From an uncultured Methanosarcinales archaeon (lineage in GTDB: Archaea; Nanobdellota; Nanobdellia; Woesearchaeales; SM23-78): a stretch of 42,398 nucleotides of DNA. The stretch is taken from contig CAYOJS010000001.1 in NCBI GenBank assembly GCA_964404345.1, forward strand, positions 1,839 to 44,236, written 5' to 3'. Positions 15,833-26,326 of this stretch are shown here, piece after piece. The notes beneath the pieces are model-generated. The model did no database searches. It was not told the origin of the DNA and saw only the letters and a program-made list of their open reading frames with translations. The stretch's first letter is position 1. Each line of letters starts with the position of its first letter. Position numbers and translations under genes: made by a program.

Positions 15833-17773
15833 TTATCTTCGTTTGATAGTGGCAGAATAGACATAGTAAATGATGAGGAGTACAAAGAGTAACATACCAA
15901 CATAAACAAGGGGATTCATCCCATTAGAGTTTTCAGAAGCCTCAGAAACGCTAACAGAGGGGTTCACAGGAGTTTCAGCAATGGCTGCTCCAGTTGGGGA
16001 GGAGGAAATAGGAGTAGAGGGGGGGCTCTTGACAGGAGTAGGCTGTACTTTTGCAGGAGTTACAGGAGGAGAAACAACAGGAGCAACTTGAGGTTGTTCT
16101 GAAGTAGGAATCTCCTTATATCCCGCTGTAATGGCAAAGGTACTGAATCCTGGGGTAGTCGCTTCATAGACAACATACTGTTCATCTTCACTGATTTGTT
16201 GAGTGGGTAAGGCTTTCCATCCGTCCGATTGTAAGCGCATCAAGGCCACTGTATTCGGTGCATGGTTGTAGGTTTGCAACCAGGCTTTTTCAATTTCAAA
16301 TTTGATTTTTGCATTCTGAATGTCACTTTCTTGGAGATTGACTTTATTGATCAAAATGTATTTGTAGATATTCCCTTCTTCACCTGTAATCGCTGGAGCT
16401 GCAGGGTTTACAAGTAATTTATCAACAGTAAGGCGGATATTATTGATAGGATGGTTTGTGGTAACCATGATACTAAGCACTCCTGTCGCTTCAACATGAT
16501 CGAAATTAAAGACTGCTTCTTGATTCGCTCCTGTACTGGATGTTTGAACTGAGTTTCCTCCTGCTCCGGCTCCACCAGACCCACCCCCTAAGACGATAGC
16601 AAAGAAGCCCGAGAAGAAGGAATTGACATTTCCATTCACATCTGTGCAAGTGATTAAGAGTCTGCGAATCCCATTGGTTCCAAAGGTAATCGTAGTTAAC
16701 TGATTGGTTCCTCCCGTAGTCTGAAAGTTGGTGGAACCTTGTTGTCCTTCTACTTGATAGGTACACGTAGCACTTTCAGTCATTGACAAAGAGACCGTAG
16801 CAGTGCCGCGATTCGTAGTAATGGTTATGCTTCCGCTGAGGGTGGGACGGATGGAATCTATTTGGAAAGCGCTATCCCGGCTACTTTGATTTGCCGAGGT
16901 CGGAGCTGCCTGGCCTGTATTGGTATCATTGAATGAAAGCGTGGCATTAACAGTTACATTTCCATTATAAGTAGATGTACCTGCACTGATGGTGAACTGC
17001 AGAGTGGCCGTACTCCCACCCGTTATGGTGCTCACACTGTCTGCTCGAACCACACTAAGGCCTGATACCGCTGTAGAAGTGAGGTTAGCTAGGAAGCCTA
17101 AGACAGTAGCGTTCGTAACGTTAGAGCCACTCGTCACATCGGCCGTGGCTTCTCCAAGGTTTGCAACGGCAAGGCTAAGAGTAATGCTATTTGAAGGACT
17201 TAGAGTGAAAGGGCTGGCACTAATGTTGGTGATATTCAATTTAGCAGGTGTTTGAACAGTCCAGCTGTCTCCAAATCGGAATCCGACGTCAGTAGTATTA
17301 GCCCCGCTACTTGAGAAGATAGATGAGTTAGTAGCGTTTACCGAGGCGTTAATATAAATGGTTCCCGTCAAGGCTAGAGAAGATATATTGACAATAAAAC
17401 GTAGATAAGTCGTATTGCCTCCTATGGCACTTCCGTTAATAACGATAGGAGTTGCGTTCTGTAGAGAGATCGTATAGTTGATCGATGCATTTGTATTTGT
17501 GACTTGATAAAGTGCCGTACCGTTATGAAAAATAAGTCCAACACTAGTAATATTAACATTTTCAGAATCGGTTCCTAAAGCAGGTGTATTAGTGATGGTA
17601 ACGTCAATAATAATGCCGGTTTGCCCTTGACTAACAGTGGTGGGGCTTGTGAAGAGTTGAGTTACATTAACGGAGAAGTTCGCAACAGCCGCTGCGTTAT
17701 GGGCGAGTAATAAAAAAACAAGGACAGCAATAAAACAGTATGCCCCTTTTCGGAAAAAGTTAATCATTCTCAC
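15833..17773 (-). CDS. large surface glycoprotein, S-layer candidate
   Basis: Signal peptide, very N/T/S-rich with many sequons. The same module 'LMRLQSDGWKALPT...YEATTPGFSTFAITAG'. Pro-rich linker and a C-terminal TM anchor ending in KRR. Confidence 0.8.
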   Translation of the reverse strand: MRMINFFRKGAYCFIAVLVFLLLAHNAAAVANFSVNVTQLFTSPTTVSQGQTGIIIDVTITNTPALGTDSENVNITSVGLIFHNGTALYQVTNTNASINYTISLQNATPIVINGSAIGGNTTYLRFIVNISSLALTGTIYINASVNATNSSIFSSSGANTTDVGFRFGDSWTVQTPAKLNITNISASPFTLSPSNSITLSLAVANLGEATADVTSGSNVTNATVLGFLANLTSTAVSGLSVVRADSVSTITGGSTATLQFTISAGTSTYNGNVTVNATLSFNDTNTGQAAPTSANQSSRDSAFQIDSIRPTLSGSITITTNRGTATVSLSMTESATCTYQVEGQQGSTNFQTTGGTNQLTTITFGTNGIRRLLITCTDVNGNVNSFFSGFFAIVLGGGSGGAGAGGNSVQTSSTGANQEAVFNFDHVEATGVLSIMVTTNHPINNIRLTVDKLLVNPAAPAITGEEGNIYKYILINKVNLQESDIQNAKIKFEIEKAWLQTYNHAPNTVALMRLQSDGWKALPTQQISEDEQYVVYEATTPGFSTFAITAGYKEIPTSEQPQVAPVVSPPVTPAKVQPTPVKSPPSTPISSSPTGAAIAETPVNPSVSVSEASENSNGMNPLVYVGMLLFVLLIIYYVYSATIKRR

Positions 17774-17791
17774 GAAGACCCCCCCAAAACC

Positions 17792-17799
17792 TTATAAAA
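17792..17799 (+). promoter_or_regulatory. TATA box (TTATAAAA) in a divergent intergenic region
   Basis: Centred about 27 nt upstream of ATG 17823. Its near-palindromic form could also serve the minus-strand gene starting at 17773. Confidence 0.5.
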
Positions 17800-17822
17800 T
17801 TTAAGTAGGCAATTCATATTAT

Positions 17823-18338
17823 ATGATTGAGTGTACCAGTCTTTTTAAATATTGCGTTATTGATTTGTTGGAACCGATAAGGAGCAAGGTTACCGCGTCG
17901 TGGACAAACTTTTTAAAGGTTAGAAAAAGAAGAGGGGGCATGAGAATATCAAAGTTCACGCTCATCGCTTCTCGTCGCCCTTCTTCTTCCAATTTGAACG
18001 AGGAATTGCAATGGTTGGGGGGTAGTCTTGGTTTGTTTAATCGCAGGGATAAGGATAAGAGTTGCTTCCGTGTTTTCATCATCTTGCTTAAAGAGGCAAG
18101 AAGGAAAGGGGGTGTTTCAAGTGATGAAATTGCAGACCAGACCGGCTTGACGCGTGGAACCGTCGTGCATCACCTAAATAAGTTAATGCATGCTCGCCTG
18201 GTAAATCATGAGAATAACCATTATGTATTGATGGTAAGAAACTTAGAGGCCTTGATCAATTCGGTGCAACGGGATGTAGAGCAGACCTTATCGGAATTAA
18301 GGGATGTGGCTCGTGAGATTGATCGCCAAATGAAGTGA
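17823..18338 (+). CDS. winged-helix (ArsR-like) transcriptional regulator
   Basis: 'VSSDEIADQTGLTRGTVVHHLNKLMHARLV' is the HTH. Confidence 0.7.
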   Translation: MIECTSLFKYCVIDLLEPIRSKVTASWTNFLKVRKRRGGMRISKFTLIASRRPSSSNLNEELQWLGGSLGLFNRRDKDKSCFRVFIILLKEARRKGGVSSDEIADQTGLTRGTVVHHLNKLMHARLVNHENNHYVLMVRNLEALINSVQRDVEQTLSELRDVAREIDRQMK

Positions 18339-18349
18339 AGGAAGGTTTT

Positions 18350-19429
18350 ATGAACAGCTACTTAGTTGTTTCACCCCTGGAACTCACTTTTCGAGTTCCA
18401 GATAGCGCAACCGTTTTAAAGCGCTGGTTTTTTCTCGAGGATATGGGAGATTTGCCATTTGAACGGTTAAAGCGCGAAATATTAGTGCGCAAGGAGGGGG
18501 TTTCTTCTCCAAAGTATGGGCTTGATCCGCAATCCCGCCCAATGAATGTGTTAATTGAGTGGGGGATCGTAAACATAGACAAGCCCAGCGGGCCTTCTTC
18601 GCATCAAGTATCTGCGTATGTAAGGGAAGTATTGGGATTAAAAAAGACAGGGCATTCAGGCACATTAGACCCTAAGGTAACAGGTTGCTTACCGGTAGCC
18701 TTGGAACGAGCAACGCGAGTCGTACAATCGTTATTGCCTGCAGGGAAGGAGTATATTTGTCTGATGCATGTCCATCAAGAAATTAGCTTAGACCATCTAA
18801 GCAAAGTATTGGAGTCCTTCATTGGGAAAATCAAGCAGCTCCCCCCTAAAAAGAGCGCTGTGAAGAGACAAAATCGTTTCAGGAAGATCTATTATCTAGA
18901 TGTGTTGGAAGTGCAGGGTCAAGAAGTATTGTTCCGCGTAGGTTGCCAAGCAGGGACATACATTCGAAAATTAGTGCATGACGTGGGTGTATCGCTCAGT
19001 TGTGGGGCTCATATGGCAGAGCTTCGGCGTACAAAGGCTGGGCCCTTCAATGAACCTTCGCTGTGTACCTTGCAAAATCTGAAAGATGCCTTTTATTATT
19101 ATAAAGAAGAAGGCAAAGAAGACCTCTTACGGTCTATAATCCATCCTTTGGAGTTTGCCATCTCCCATCTGCCAAAGGTATGGGTATTAGATACGACTGT
19201 GGATAGCTTATGCCATGGAGCTACTCTAGCATTGCCTGGTATCAGTAAGGTGGAAACTGATATTCAGGTAGGAGAAGACGTTGCCGTGTTAACCTTGAAA
19301 GGAGAGTTAATCGCAGTAGGTAAGGCATTATTGACTTCTCGGGCCATGTTGAAAGAAAAAGGTCTTGCCGTGAAATCTTCTCAAGTATTTATGGATCCTG
19401 GAACATACCCCAAGATACAAAGGGCTTAA
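18350..19429 (+). CDS. cbf5: tRNA/rRNA pseudouridine synthase Cbf5 (H/ACA RNP catalytic subunit)
   Basis: 'NIDKPSGPSSHQV...GHSGTLDPKVTGCLPVAL' is the TruB catalytic motif. A C-terminal PUA domain follows. GTG 18335 is an alternative start. Confidence 0.9.
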   Translation: MNSYLVVSPLELTFRVPDSATVLKRWFFLEDMGDLPFERLKREILVRKEGVSSPKYGLDPQSRPMNVLIEWGIVNIDKPSGPSSHQVSAYVREVLGLKKTGHSGTLDPKVTGCLPVALERATRVVQSLLPAGKEYICLMHVHQEISLDHLSKVLESFIGKIKQLPPKKSAVKRQNRFRKIYYLDVLEVQGQEVLFRVGCQAGTYIRKLVHDVGVSLSCGAHMAELRRTKAGPFNEPSLCTLQNLKDAFYYYKEEGKEDLLRSIIHPLEFAISHLPKVWVLDTTVDSLCHGATLALPGISKVETDIQVGEDVAVLTLKGELIAVGKALLTSRAMLKEKGLAVKSSQVFMDPGTYPKIQRA

Positions 19430-19716
19430 TCGTCGACGGTAAATAGTCTAGAATCTTTGACTTTAAACAAGCCTAAGCGAGCACCTGCATCCAGCCATGC
19501 ATGGGCGTAGTAAAGTGCCCCATGAGCAAGAACCCAATCTCTTTTTTCTTGAAAGTGTTTTGCGTCTTCATAATAGCGAGTGGCCATATCGAGGAAGTCT
19601 GCCGCTTCTTTTTTGCGGGAGAGATCATGGGAAGCCTTTCGTACCTGGTGCAAAGCCTCCAATGTGGTGGCAAAGTCTTTTTCCAGTTTTTCAACGGTGA
19701 TTCGATCGTGAGTCAT
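19426..19716 (-). CDS. DUF357-like protein
   Basis: 'RYYEDAKHFQEKRDWVLAHGALYYAHAWLDAGARLGL' is a pattern I recognise from the archaeal DUF357 family. Confidence 0.65.
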   Translation of the reverse strand: MTHDRITVEKLEKDFATTLEALHQVRKASHDLSRKKEAADFLDMATRYYEDAKHFQEKRDWVLAHGALYYAHAWLDAGARLGLFKVKDSRLFTVDD

Positions 19717-19759
19717 GGTAAAAGAAAGAGAGATTGGTTTTTAAGGATTGGGGGGAAGG

Positions 19760-19767
19760 CTTATATA
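19760..19767 (+). promoter_or_regulatory. TATA box (CTTATATA)
   Basis: Centred about 26 nt upstream of ATG 19790. Confidence 0.55.
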
Positions 19768-19789
19768 GGGTGCTTTTTTCTACAAATGC

Positions 19790-20656
19790 ATGGGGAAAAC
19801 CTCGTTAAGTCTAGGTGGGCAAGCAGTTGTGGAAGGGGTTTTGATGAAAACGCCAAAGCATTACTCCGTAGCGGTGCGATTGCCCAATAAAAAGATCTAC
19901 GTGCAGAAATTCAAGTTTGTTTCCTGGACAAGGCGCTTTAGAGTGCTAGGCTGGCCATTGATCCGAGGGGTCACTATTTTGATAGAAACATTAGTAACAG
20001 GTTTACAGGCCTTATCGTTTTCAGCTGCAAAAGCAGGGGGGGAAAAAGAAGAAACTAGCAATTGGGAAATCGTAGGGACTCTCGTATTTTCATTGCTGGT
20101 GGTAATCGGTTTGTTCAAGTTCTTGCCTCTCTGGTTGGCAGGTTTATTTCAACATTGGACGCAGTCCAATCATTTTATTTTCACATTAACAGATGGAGTG
20201 TTGAAGATCCTTCTCTTTCTCACATACCTAAAATTAATCGCTCGGATGAAGGACGTCCAGCGCTTATTTCAATATCATGGTGCAGAACATATGGCTGTGC
20301 ATTGTTACGAGCGCGGAAAAGCGTTAACCGTACAAAATGTAAAAGGTTTTCCTCCTGAGCATCCTCGGTGTGGGACGGCATTTATTTTACTTGTTTTTTT
20401 GATCTCCATCGTGGTTTATCTATTCATCCCAGATCATCTTTCAATGGGGGCAAAGCTTGGCTATCGAGTGATTTTACTGCCCGTGATTGCAGGCATCTCT
20501 TATGAGATATTGCGGCTGGGAGGAAAATATGGGGGCGAGAAGAGCATGTCTTGGCTGATTGCCCCCGGGGTCGCATTGCAGAAGTTAACAACAAAAAAGC
20601 CCAATAGAGGACAGGTAGAAGTAGCAATTAGTGCTTTGAATGCTGTGCTGAAATGA
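19790..20656 (+). CDS. DUF1385 family membrane protein
   Basis: 'GGQAVVEGVLMKTP', 'YHGAEHMAV' and 'HPRCGTAF' are conserved DUF1385 blocks. Confidence 0.8.
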   Translation: MGKTSLSLGGQAVVEGVLMKTPKHYSVAVRLPNKKIYVQKFKFVSWTRRFRVLGWPLIRGVTILIETLVTGLQALSFSAAKAGGEKEETSNWEIVGTLVFSLLVVIGLFKFLPLWLAGLFQHWTQSNHFIFTLTDGVLKILLFLTYLKLIARMKDVQRLFQYHGAEHMAVHCYERGKALTVQNVKGFPPEHPRCGTAFILLVFLISIVVYLFIPDHLSMGAKLGYRVILLPVIAGISYEILRLGGKYGGEKSMSWLIAPGVALQKLTTKKPNRGQVEVAISALNAVLK

Positions 20657-20993
20657 GTCTCTTAAGCTCTGTGCGGGTAATGTTTTTTTCAAAGGCAAGT
20701 TGATCCACACGCTGCTGAAGCTTCTCAAATTCGTCTTTGCGAGCAGCGAGCTTATAGGTCTTGAGGATGGCTAAAAGGTCTTTTTTTACAAGCTCGAGTT
20801 GAGTATGATACCCATCCAACCGAGCACGGATGGTTTTTAGGTCTTTTTGAAGGGATTGGGTTATTTGTATAAGGTGAGCGTCTCGCTTTCCAATGGCTTG
20901 TTCCGTGACTTCAGAGTCTTGCTCAATCTCAAGGGTTTTGTCTTGAATCTTGCCAAGGTAGTTTGAAACGTCAAAGGAGGGTGGTGGGGTCAC
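20628..20993 (-). CDS. coiled-coil hypothetical protein
   Basis: 121-aa ORF with heptad-like composition. Its 3' end overlaps the 3' end of the convergent gene. Confidence 0.5.
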   Translation of the reverse strand: MTPPPSFDVSNYLGKIQDKTLEIEQDSEVTEQAIGKRDAHLIQITQSLQKDLKTIRARLDGYHTQLELVKKDLLAILKTYKLAARKDEFEKLQQRVDQLAFEKNITRTELKRLISAQHSKH

Positions 20994-21113
20994 ATTCTTT
21001 TTAGGCTCAAGTAATATATATAGTTATTCTTGAGAGGGGGTATTATGATGTAATACCAATCAAAAGATATTTAAAGAGTCTGGATTTAGTTTTAACGAAA
21101 GAGTGGGGGGAAA

Positions 21114-23057
21114 ATGGTAGATCTAGCACCACCAGTGGCTCCAAAGGAAGAAGAAAAAAAAGGGTTCTTTTCTAAATTGCTTAGAAAGGTAAAGGAGAAT
21201 CCTTTAAGCCCGAATGCAAAATTATCTGCTCCTTCAGAGCCTACAGAAGAATATGAAGTGCCTGAAGATGCACAACCATTGGACTTGGAAGCCATTCGTT
21301 CAAAATTAGGGGTGGAAGAAGAGTCTACCTCTGTAGGGGTGGAAGAAAGGCAAGAACAGGCTCCTTCCGATCCAATCCCTTCAGAAGAAAGTTCTAGAGT
21401 AAGAGAAAGAAATGATGAGGGAGTCGATGGTTCTCCTTGGACAATGGATGCCCCAGACGATTGGTTATTAACCAACAAGCCTGAAACTTCTGTTCTGGAA
21501 AGGGAGCCTCTTCGAGAGGTGGAACCTTTAAAGGAACCTCCAATAGAAGTAATCGAGCAGATGGGAAAGCCTGAAATCGTAATAGTAGAGGAGCATAATA
21601 GAGAAGAACCTCAAATAGGGGCAAGGGTGGTAGAACCCCCACAAGTAAAAGAGCCTGTAAAACAGGTAGAAGAAAAACCCACAACTCCTTTTACGATGCC
21701 CCCTTCCCCGCCACCATCCACACCCATAAACCCCCCTCCTCGAATGATCCCTCCTTTAAGCAATGTCCAAAACTTAGTAACAGAGCATTTTGGGTTGATA
21801 GAAGAGGGAGTAAAGGCTCTGCAAGCTGAAGTCGGGAAAGCAGTTTTAGATCCAAGATCAAGCACTACCGTTCAGGTTTTTTCAAAAGAAACCTCTCCAG
21901 ATAAGCATTTTATTCTGAAGACTGGGGAACGTGTTGCTTCATTAAGAGAGTTGATGAATAAGTTGGATTCCATGAGCGATGAAGTGTTCAGGGCTCATGT
22001 AACGGAAAATAAAAATGATTTTGCAAATTGGATCCGGGATGTGTTGGATCAAGAAAAATTAGCAGAAGAAATTCGAACAAAAAAGGCCAAGGAGGAGTTA
22101 TTAGCCTTGCTTCAGGACCAAGAGGCAGAGGTTCACAACCAACTCAGTAAGGAAAAGGCTAATTTAGAACTAGAGCACTTTGAACTCGAGAAAAAAACAG
22201 TGGAGTTGGAACGCGCTAGAGATCGATTTGAAACGTTAAAGCTCGAACTGGAGAATAAGGGGAAGGAGTGGGAAACGTTCAAGCAACAATTGATCCAAGA
22301 TACTCAAGCGCACCTAGCAGAGGGTGTACGGCAGGCATTGGTAGAGGAACAGCAGAAGTTAGAGCAAGAACGAATCCGTCTGGCAGGGCAACAAAACAAA
22401 TTAGATGTCCGGTTGAAATCATTAGAGCAGGATCGCAAACAATTAGAAGATGAGAAAAAAACGTGGGAGGTCGAGCGAAGAGTGCTAGAAAGTCTTAAAG
22501 AGCGAGAGAAGGTAGCGACGGAGAAAAGTGTATTACTCGATGAGCGGGAGCAGATGTTAAAAGAAAAAGAGGAAGAAGTGAAGGCAATACGGGCTACTTT
22601 AAAAGAGGCATTAGGGGGCTTTGCAGGTTCGGGTAAATCAGAAGAAAAGCCAACCCATGTAAGAAAAAAAGGAGATGAAAAAGTGGAAGTGGAAGAAGAG
22701 GATTCTGAACTTGAAGTTCCAGGAGAAGATGAACTGCGTAGCTTAGAAGAGCAAATCGCTAAAAAGATAAAAACATCTAAAGGAAAAGAAGAATCCGTCA
22801 CTTTTGATTTGGAAAACTTGGATATAAGAAAGTTAGAGAGCCGCAAGAACAGTTCTTCTTCAAAGGAAGAGATAGAGAAACAAATCGCCCATTGCAAAAA
22901 ATTGATACTGCAGGGGGGGCTAGAAAATGCAAAAGAAGAGTATAATCTAATTAAAGACTTATTTGCTCATGCTTCGTTAGAGCCAGAAGATAAACCGCTT
23001 ATTTACAACTCGATACGGGAATTGTACAACGACATCCATCTTGCTTTGTTAGCCTAA
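21114..23057 (+). CDS. long coiled-coil protein with acidic/Pro-rich N-terminal half
   Basis: 647 aa. It has a Pro-rich segment, a conserved-looking block 'HFILKTGERVASLRELMNKLDSMSDEVFRAHVTENKNDFANWIRDV', and a long E/K/L/Q coiled coil. Confidence 0.65.
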   Translation: MVDLAPPVAPKEEEKKGFFSKLLRKVKENPLSPNAKLSAPSEPTEEYEVPEDAQPLDLEAIRSKLGVEEESTSVGVEERQEQAPSDPIPSEESSRVRERNDEGVDGSPWTMDAPDDWLLTNKPETSVLEREPLREVEPLKEPPIEVIEQMGKPEIVIVEEHNREEPQIGARVVEPPQVKEPVKQVEEKPTTPFTMPPSPPPSTPINPPPRMIPPLSNVQNLVTEHFGLIEEGVKALQAEVGKAVLDPRSSTTVQVFSKETSPDKHFILKTGERVASLRELMNKLDSMSDEVFRAHVTENKNDFANWIRDVLDQEKLAEEIRTKKAKEELLALLQDQEAEVHNQLSKEKANLELEHFELEKKTVELERARDRFETLKLELENKGKEWETFKQQLIQDTQAHLAEGVRQALVEEQQKLEQERIRLAGQQNKLDVRLKSLEQDRKQLEDEKKTWEVERRVLESLKEREKVATEKSVLLDEREQMLKEKEEEVKAIRATLKEALGGFAGSGKSEEKPTHVRKKGDEKVEVEEEDSELEVPGEDELRSLEEQIAKKIKTSKGKEESVTFDLENLDIRKLESRKNSSSSKEEIEKQIAHCKKLILQGGLENAKEEYNLIKDLFAHASLEPEDKPLIYNSIRELYNDIHLALLA

Positions 23058-23089
23058 AGTTTTATTAAGCAACTTCTTTTCTAAAAGGC

Positions 23090-24037
23090 ATGTTTCCTCA
23101 ACTTCCAGGTAAAGTGATCTTAGCGCCTATGGCAGGCGTTACAGATATCGCTTTTAGAGCGTTGTGTAAGAAATATGGGGCAGCATTAACCGTGACTGAA
23201 TTCGTTTCTGCAGATGCTATTTTGAGGGATAATTTTAAGACGTTCCAAATGATTCGCCTGGAAGAAGAGGGCTTTTGTTCCGTGCAGATTTTCGGATGTG
23301 ATCCTCAGAAGATTACAGAGGCGGCTAAGATTTGCGCAAGGGATGCAGACATAGTGGATTTCAATCTGGGCTGTCCAGCGCCTCATGTAGTGAATGCCGG
23401 AATGGGTTCGGCGTTGTTGGAGGATGAGGAAAAAGTGGTACGGATTGTTTCAGCAGTCAGCAAGCAGATCAATAAGCCCTTTACTGTGAAGCTTAGGGCA
23501 GGGTTTTCAAAGAAAGCGGTAAATGCCATCCGATTAGCAAAAAAGATTGAAGCGGCCGGGGCCGCAGCAATCTGCATTCATGCACGAACACGGGAAGAGG
23601 GTTATTCAGGAAAAGCAGATTGGAGTCTGATTAAGCAGGTGAAGGAAGCAGTATCCATTCCGGTAATTGGAAACGGTGATATTCGAACACCAGAAGACAC
23701 CTTAGCAATGTTAGAGCAAACCGATTGTGATTACGTGATGATTGGAAGGGCAGCGATGGGGAACCCATTGATTTTCAGGCAGTGCCAGGAATTTTTTGAG
23801 ACCGGACGCTATAAAGAAGCAACACCAGAAGATAAGGTCCATACCTTTTTGGAGTACCTGACCTTGGCAAATAAATATGAAATCAGTTTCCCCACAAAGC
23901 GCCTGCAAGCGCAATTTTTCACGAAGGGTTTGAAGGGTGGCGCACAGCTGAGGTTGATATTGAACCGGTGTAAGTCCAATGAAGAACTTCGCCAGGTTTT
24001 CGCTTCAGCTTTACCTGAAGTCTTAGTGAGATCATAA
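23090..24037 (+). CDS. dus: tRNA-dihydrouridine synthase
   Basis: '[16 protein letters not shown]', 'DFNLGCP' and 'IHARTR' are Dus FMN and catalytic motifs. Confidence 0.88.
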   Translation: MFPQLPGKVILAPMAGVTDIAFRALCKKYGAALTVTEFVSADAILRDNFKTFQMIRLEEEGFCSVQIFGCDPQKITEAAKICARDADIVDFNLGCPAPHVVNAGMGSALLEDEEKVVRIVSAVSKQINKPFTVKLRAGFSKKAVNAIRLAKKIEAAGAAAICIHARTREEGYSGKADWSLIKQVKEAVSIPVIGNGDIRTPEDTLAMLEQTDCDYVMIGRAAMGNPLIFRQCQEFFETGRYKEATPEDKVHTFLEYLTLANKYEISFPTKRLQAQFFTKGLKGGAQLRLILNRCKSNEELRQVFASALPEVLVRS

Positions 24038-24064
24038 TTCCTCCGTGTTTCAGCGTCGGAAAGC

Positions 24065-24072
24065 TTTATAAA
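24065..24072 (+). promoter_or_regulatory. TATA box (TTTATAAA) for the thermosome gene
   Basis: About 35 nt upstream of ATG 24104, with GGAG at 24095-24098. This implies a short leader with a Shine-Dalgarno site. Confidence 0.55.
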
Positions 24073-24103
24073 GAACGTCGGGTTCTTAAATGAAGGAGTT
24101 TTC

Positions 24104-25726
24104 ATGAATAAGCAACAAGTCCAACCCATCTTTATTTTGCCGGAAGATACTCACAGAACTACAGGGAAGGATGCGCAGCGAATGAATATCATGGCGGCCA
24201 AATTAGTCGCTGAAACCGTTCGTACCACTTTAGGGCCAAAAGGAATGGATAAGATGATTGTGAATTCTTTAGGGGATGTTACAGTTACAAACGACGGTGT
24301 CACCATTTTGGAAGAGATGAACATCGAGCATCCTTCGGCTAAAATGGTAGTTGAAATTGCAAAAACGCAAGAGAATGAAGTGGGGGATGGAACCACAACG
24401 GCAGTCGTTTTAGCAGGCGAGCTGTTGAAGAAGGCTGAAGATCTCTTGGATCAGGAAATTCATCCCACAGTCATTGCAAAAGGCTACCGAATGGCTTCAG
24501 AAAAGGCCCAGGAAGTCTTAAACAGCATGGCAATGAAAATCTCATTCAATGATAAAGAGTTGTTAAAAAAAGTGGCAGTCACCGCCATGACAGGTAAAGG
24601 GGCCGAAACCGCAAAAGACCTGCTAGCTAACATCATTGTGAAGGCCATTCAGCATGTGGCTGAAGTAACTGGAGAGAAAGTTCGAATTGATGTTGATAAT
24701 GTAAAGATCGAAAAAAAAGTAGGCGGAAGAGTAGAGGATACTGAATTAATTGAAGGGATCGTATTGGACAAGGAAAAACTGCATCCAAGCATGCCCACAC
24801 AAGTAAAAGACGCAAAAATTGCTTTATTGGATTGCCCCTTAGAGATTAAAAATCCAGAGATTGATGCAAAGATTTCGATCACCGATCCTGAAAAGATGCA
24901 GGCGTTTATTGACATGGAAGAGCGGATGTTGAAGAACATCGTGGAAAAAGTAGCTGCTACAGGAGCAAACGTTGTTTTCTGCCAAAAAGGGGTTGACGAC
25001 TTAGTGCAGCACTTCTTATCCAAGAAGGGAATTTTCGGTGCTCGAAGGATTAAGCGTTCAGACATGGAAAAGCTTTCAAAGGCCACGGGCGGTTCAATGG
25101 TGAATAACTTAGAAGATCTTTCTTCCGCAGACCTGGGTCAAGCAGGGATTGTAGAAGAGTTAAAGTTTGGTGAGGAAGCCATGATCTATGTGAGGGATTG
25201 TAAAAAAGCAAAATCCGTAACCATCTTGATTCGAGGCAGCACTGATCAAATCGTCGATGAAATCAAGCGGGCTATGGAAGATGCATTAGGAGACCTGGCA
25301 GCTGCCTTGAAAAACAATCTAGTTGTGGGTGGGGCAGGCGCTCCTGAGATGGAAGTAGCTAAGCACTTGCGCCAGTATGCAGATTCATTGTCTGGACGAG
25401 AGCAGTTAGCAGCAAAGGCTTTTGCCGAAGCAATGGAAGTAATCCCGAGAACTTTAGCAGAGAACGCAGGGTTGGACACAATCAATATGCTAGCCGAATT
25501 GAAGAATGCGCATGAAAAAGGTCAAAAATGGGCCGGTGTGAATGTCTTCACAGGTAAGGTTATGGATGCTTGGGCAGAAGGCGTTATAGAGCCCTTGAAG
25601 ATCAAAACACAAGCCCTTTCTTCTGCTTCTGAAGTAGCAATTATGATTTTACGGATTGATGATGTCATTGCAGGGGGCAAAGCCAGCGAATCTCCAAGCA
25701 TGCCTTCAGATGGCCATCACGACTAA
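24104..25726 (+). CDS. ths: thermosome subunit (group II chaperonin)
   Basis: '[10 protein letters not shown]', 'VTNDGVTIL', '[17 protein letters not shown]' and '[11 protein letters not shown]' are canonical CCT/thermosome motifs. Confidence 0.95.
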   Translation: MNKQQVQPIFILPEDTHRTTGKDAQRMNIMAAKLVAETVRTTLGPKGMDKMIVNSLGDVTVTNDGVTILEEMNIEHPSAKMVVEIAKTQENEVGDGTTTAVVLAGELLKKAEDLLDQEIHPTVIAKGYRMASEKAQEVLNSMAMKISFNDKELLKKVAVTAMTGKGAETAKDLLANIIVKAIQHVAEVTGEKVRIDVDNVKIEKKVGGRVEDTELIEGIVLDKEKLHPSMPTQVKDAKIALLDCPLEIKNPEIDAKISITDPEKMQAFIDMEERMLKNIVEKVAATGANVVFCQKGVDDLVQHFLSKKGIFGARRIKRSDMEKLSKATGGSMVNNLEDLSSADLGQAGIVEELKFGEEAMIYVRDCKKAKSVTILIRGSTDQIVDEIKRAMEDALGDLAAALKNNLVVGGAGAPEMEVAKHLRQYADSLSGREQLAAKAFAEAMEVIPRTLAENAGLDTINMLAELKNAHEKGQKWAGVNVFTGKVMDAWAEGVIEPLKIKTQALSSASEVAIMILRIDDVIAGGKASESPSMPSDGHHD

Positions 25727-25786
25727 GAAGGGCTACGGTCGATCGAAAGCTTTTTATATCCTCTTTCGGTAGGGATTTAAAAGAGG

Positions 25787-26326
25787 ATGGTTATGAAAGA
25801 CGAAGAATACGAGCTTCTGCCTCATAGAGAAATTTTGCGGTTACGAGAGGAAGTAGATCGTTTAAAGGCAAATCCGGTTTCATCGGAAGCAGCAAACCTA
25901 GTAACCACAATGAGTAAGTTAAATGAGTCCATTTCTCGCTTGATTCACATATTTGAAGTGGCTGAAAAGGAACTAGCTCAAGAGTATAAACATTCTAAGT
26001 TAGATGAAAAACTCGGAAGGGTTGTTTATCAGAATAAGGAGATTGCAAAGGGGATTATTGCTGTGGCGGACTTGATTAAAAAGCGACAGGTGCAACCAGC
26101 CCAAGCTTCTGTTCCATTTGTTTCTCCAGAGCCACAGCAGCCAATGACCCCCCCCAGTTTAGAGCCTGAACCTGTTCAAGAGGAAACCCCAGCTATAGAG
26201 ATTCCAGAACCAGTAACTGCTCCTTCCATGGATGAGGCAAGAATGGAGATTCCTCTTTCTCCGGCGGAGCACGTGGATACGGTCCCTCCTCTTCCAGAAA
26301 AGAAAAAAGGTTGGTTTAGCAAATGA
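25787..26326 (+). CDS. coiled-coil / Pro-rich hypothetical protein
   Basis: 179-aa ORF. TTTTATAT at 25752-25759 lies about 31 nt upstream. Overlaps the next ORF by 4 nt. Confidence 0.55.
   Translation: MVMKDEEYELLPHREILRLREEVDRLKANPVSSEAANLVTTMSKLNESISRLIHIFEVAEKELAQEYKHSKLDEKLGRVVYQNKEIAKGIIAVADLIKKRQVQPAQASVPFVSPEPQQPMTPPSLEPEPVQEETPAIEIPEPVTAPSMDEARMEIPLSPAEHVDTVPPLPEKKKGWFSK

Noticed and set aside
22304-22897. 197-aa Ser-rich ORF on the minus strand; the same applies to 21092..21478 and 21394..21684.
   Set aside because: They lie antisense to the GAA/AAG-rich coiled-coil gene 21114..23057. The low-complexity Ser/Phe/Leu sequence is what the reverse frame of E/K repeats is expected to produce.
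24649-25086. 145-aa minus-strand ORF and other short ORFs inside the thermosome gene.
   Set aside because: They are antisense to a highly conserved chaperonin gene and have no independent signals.
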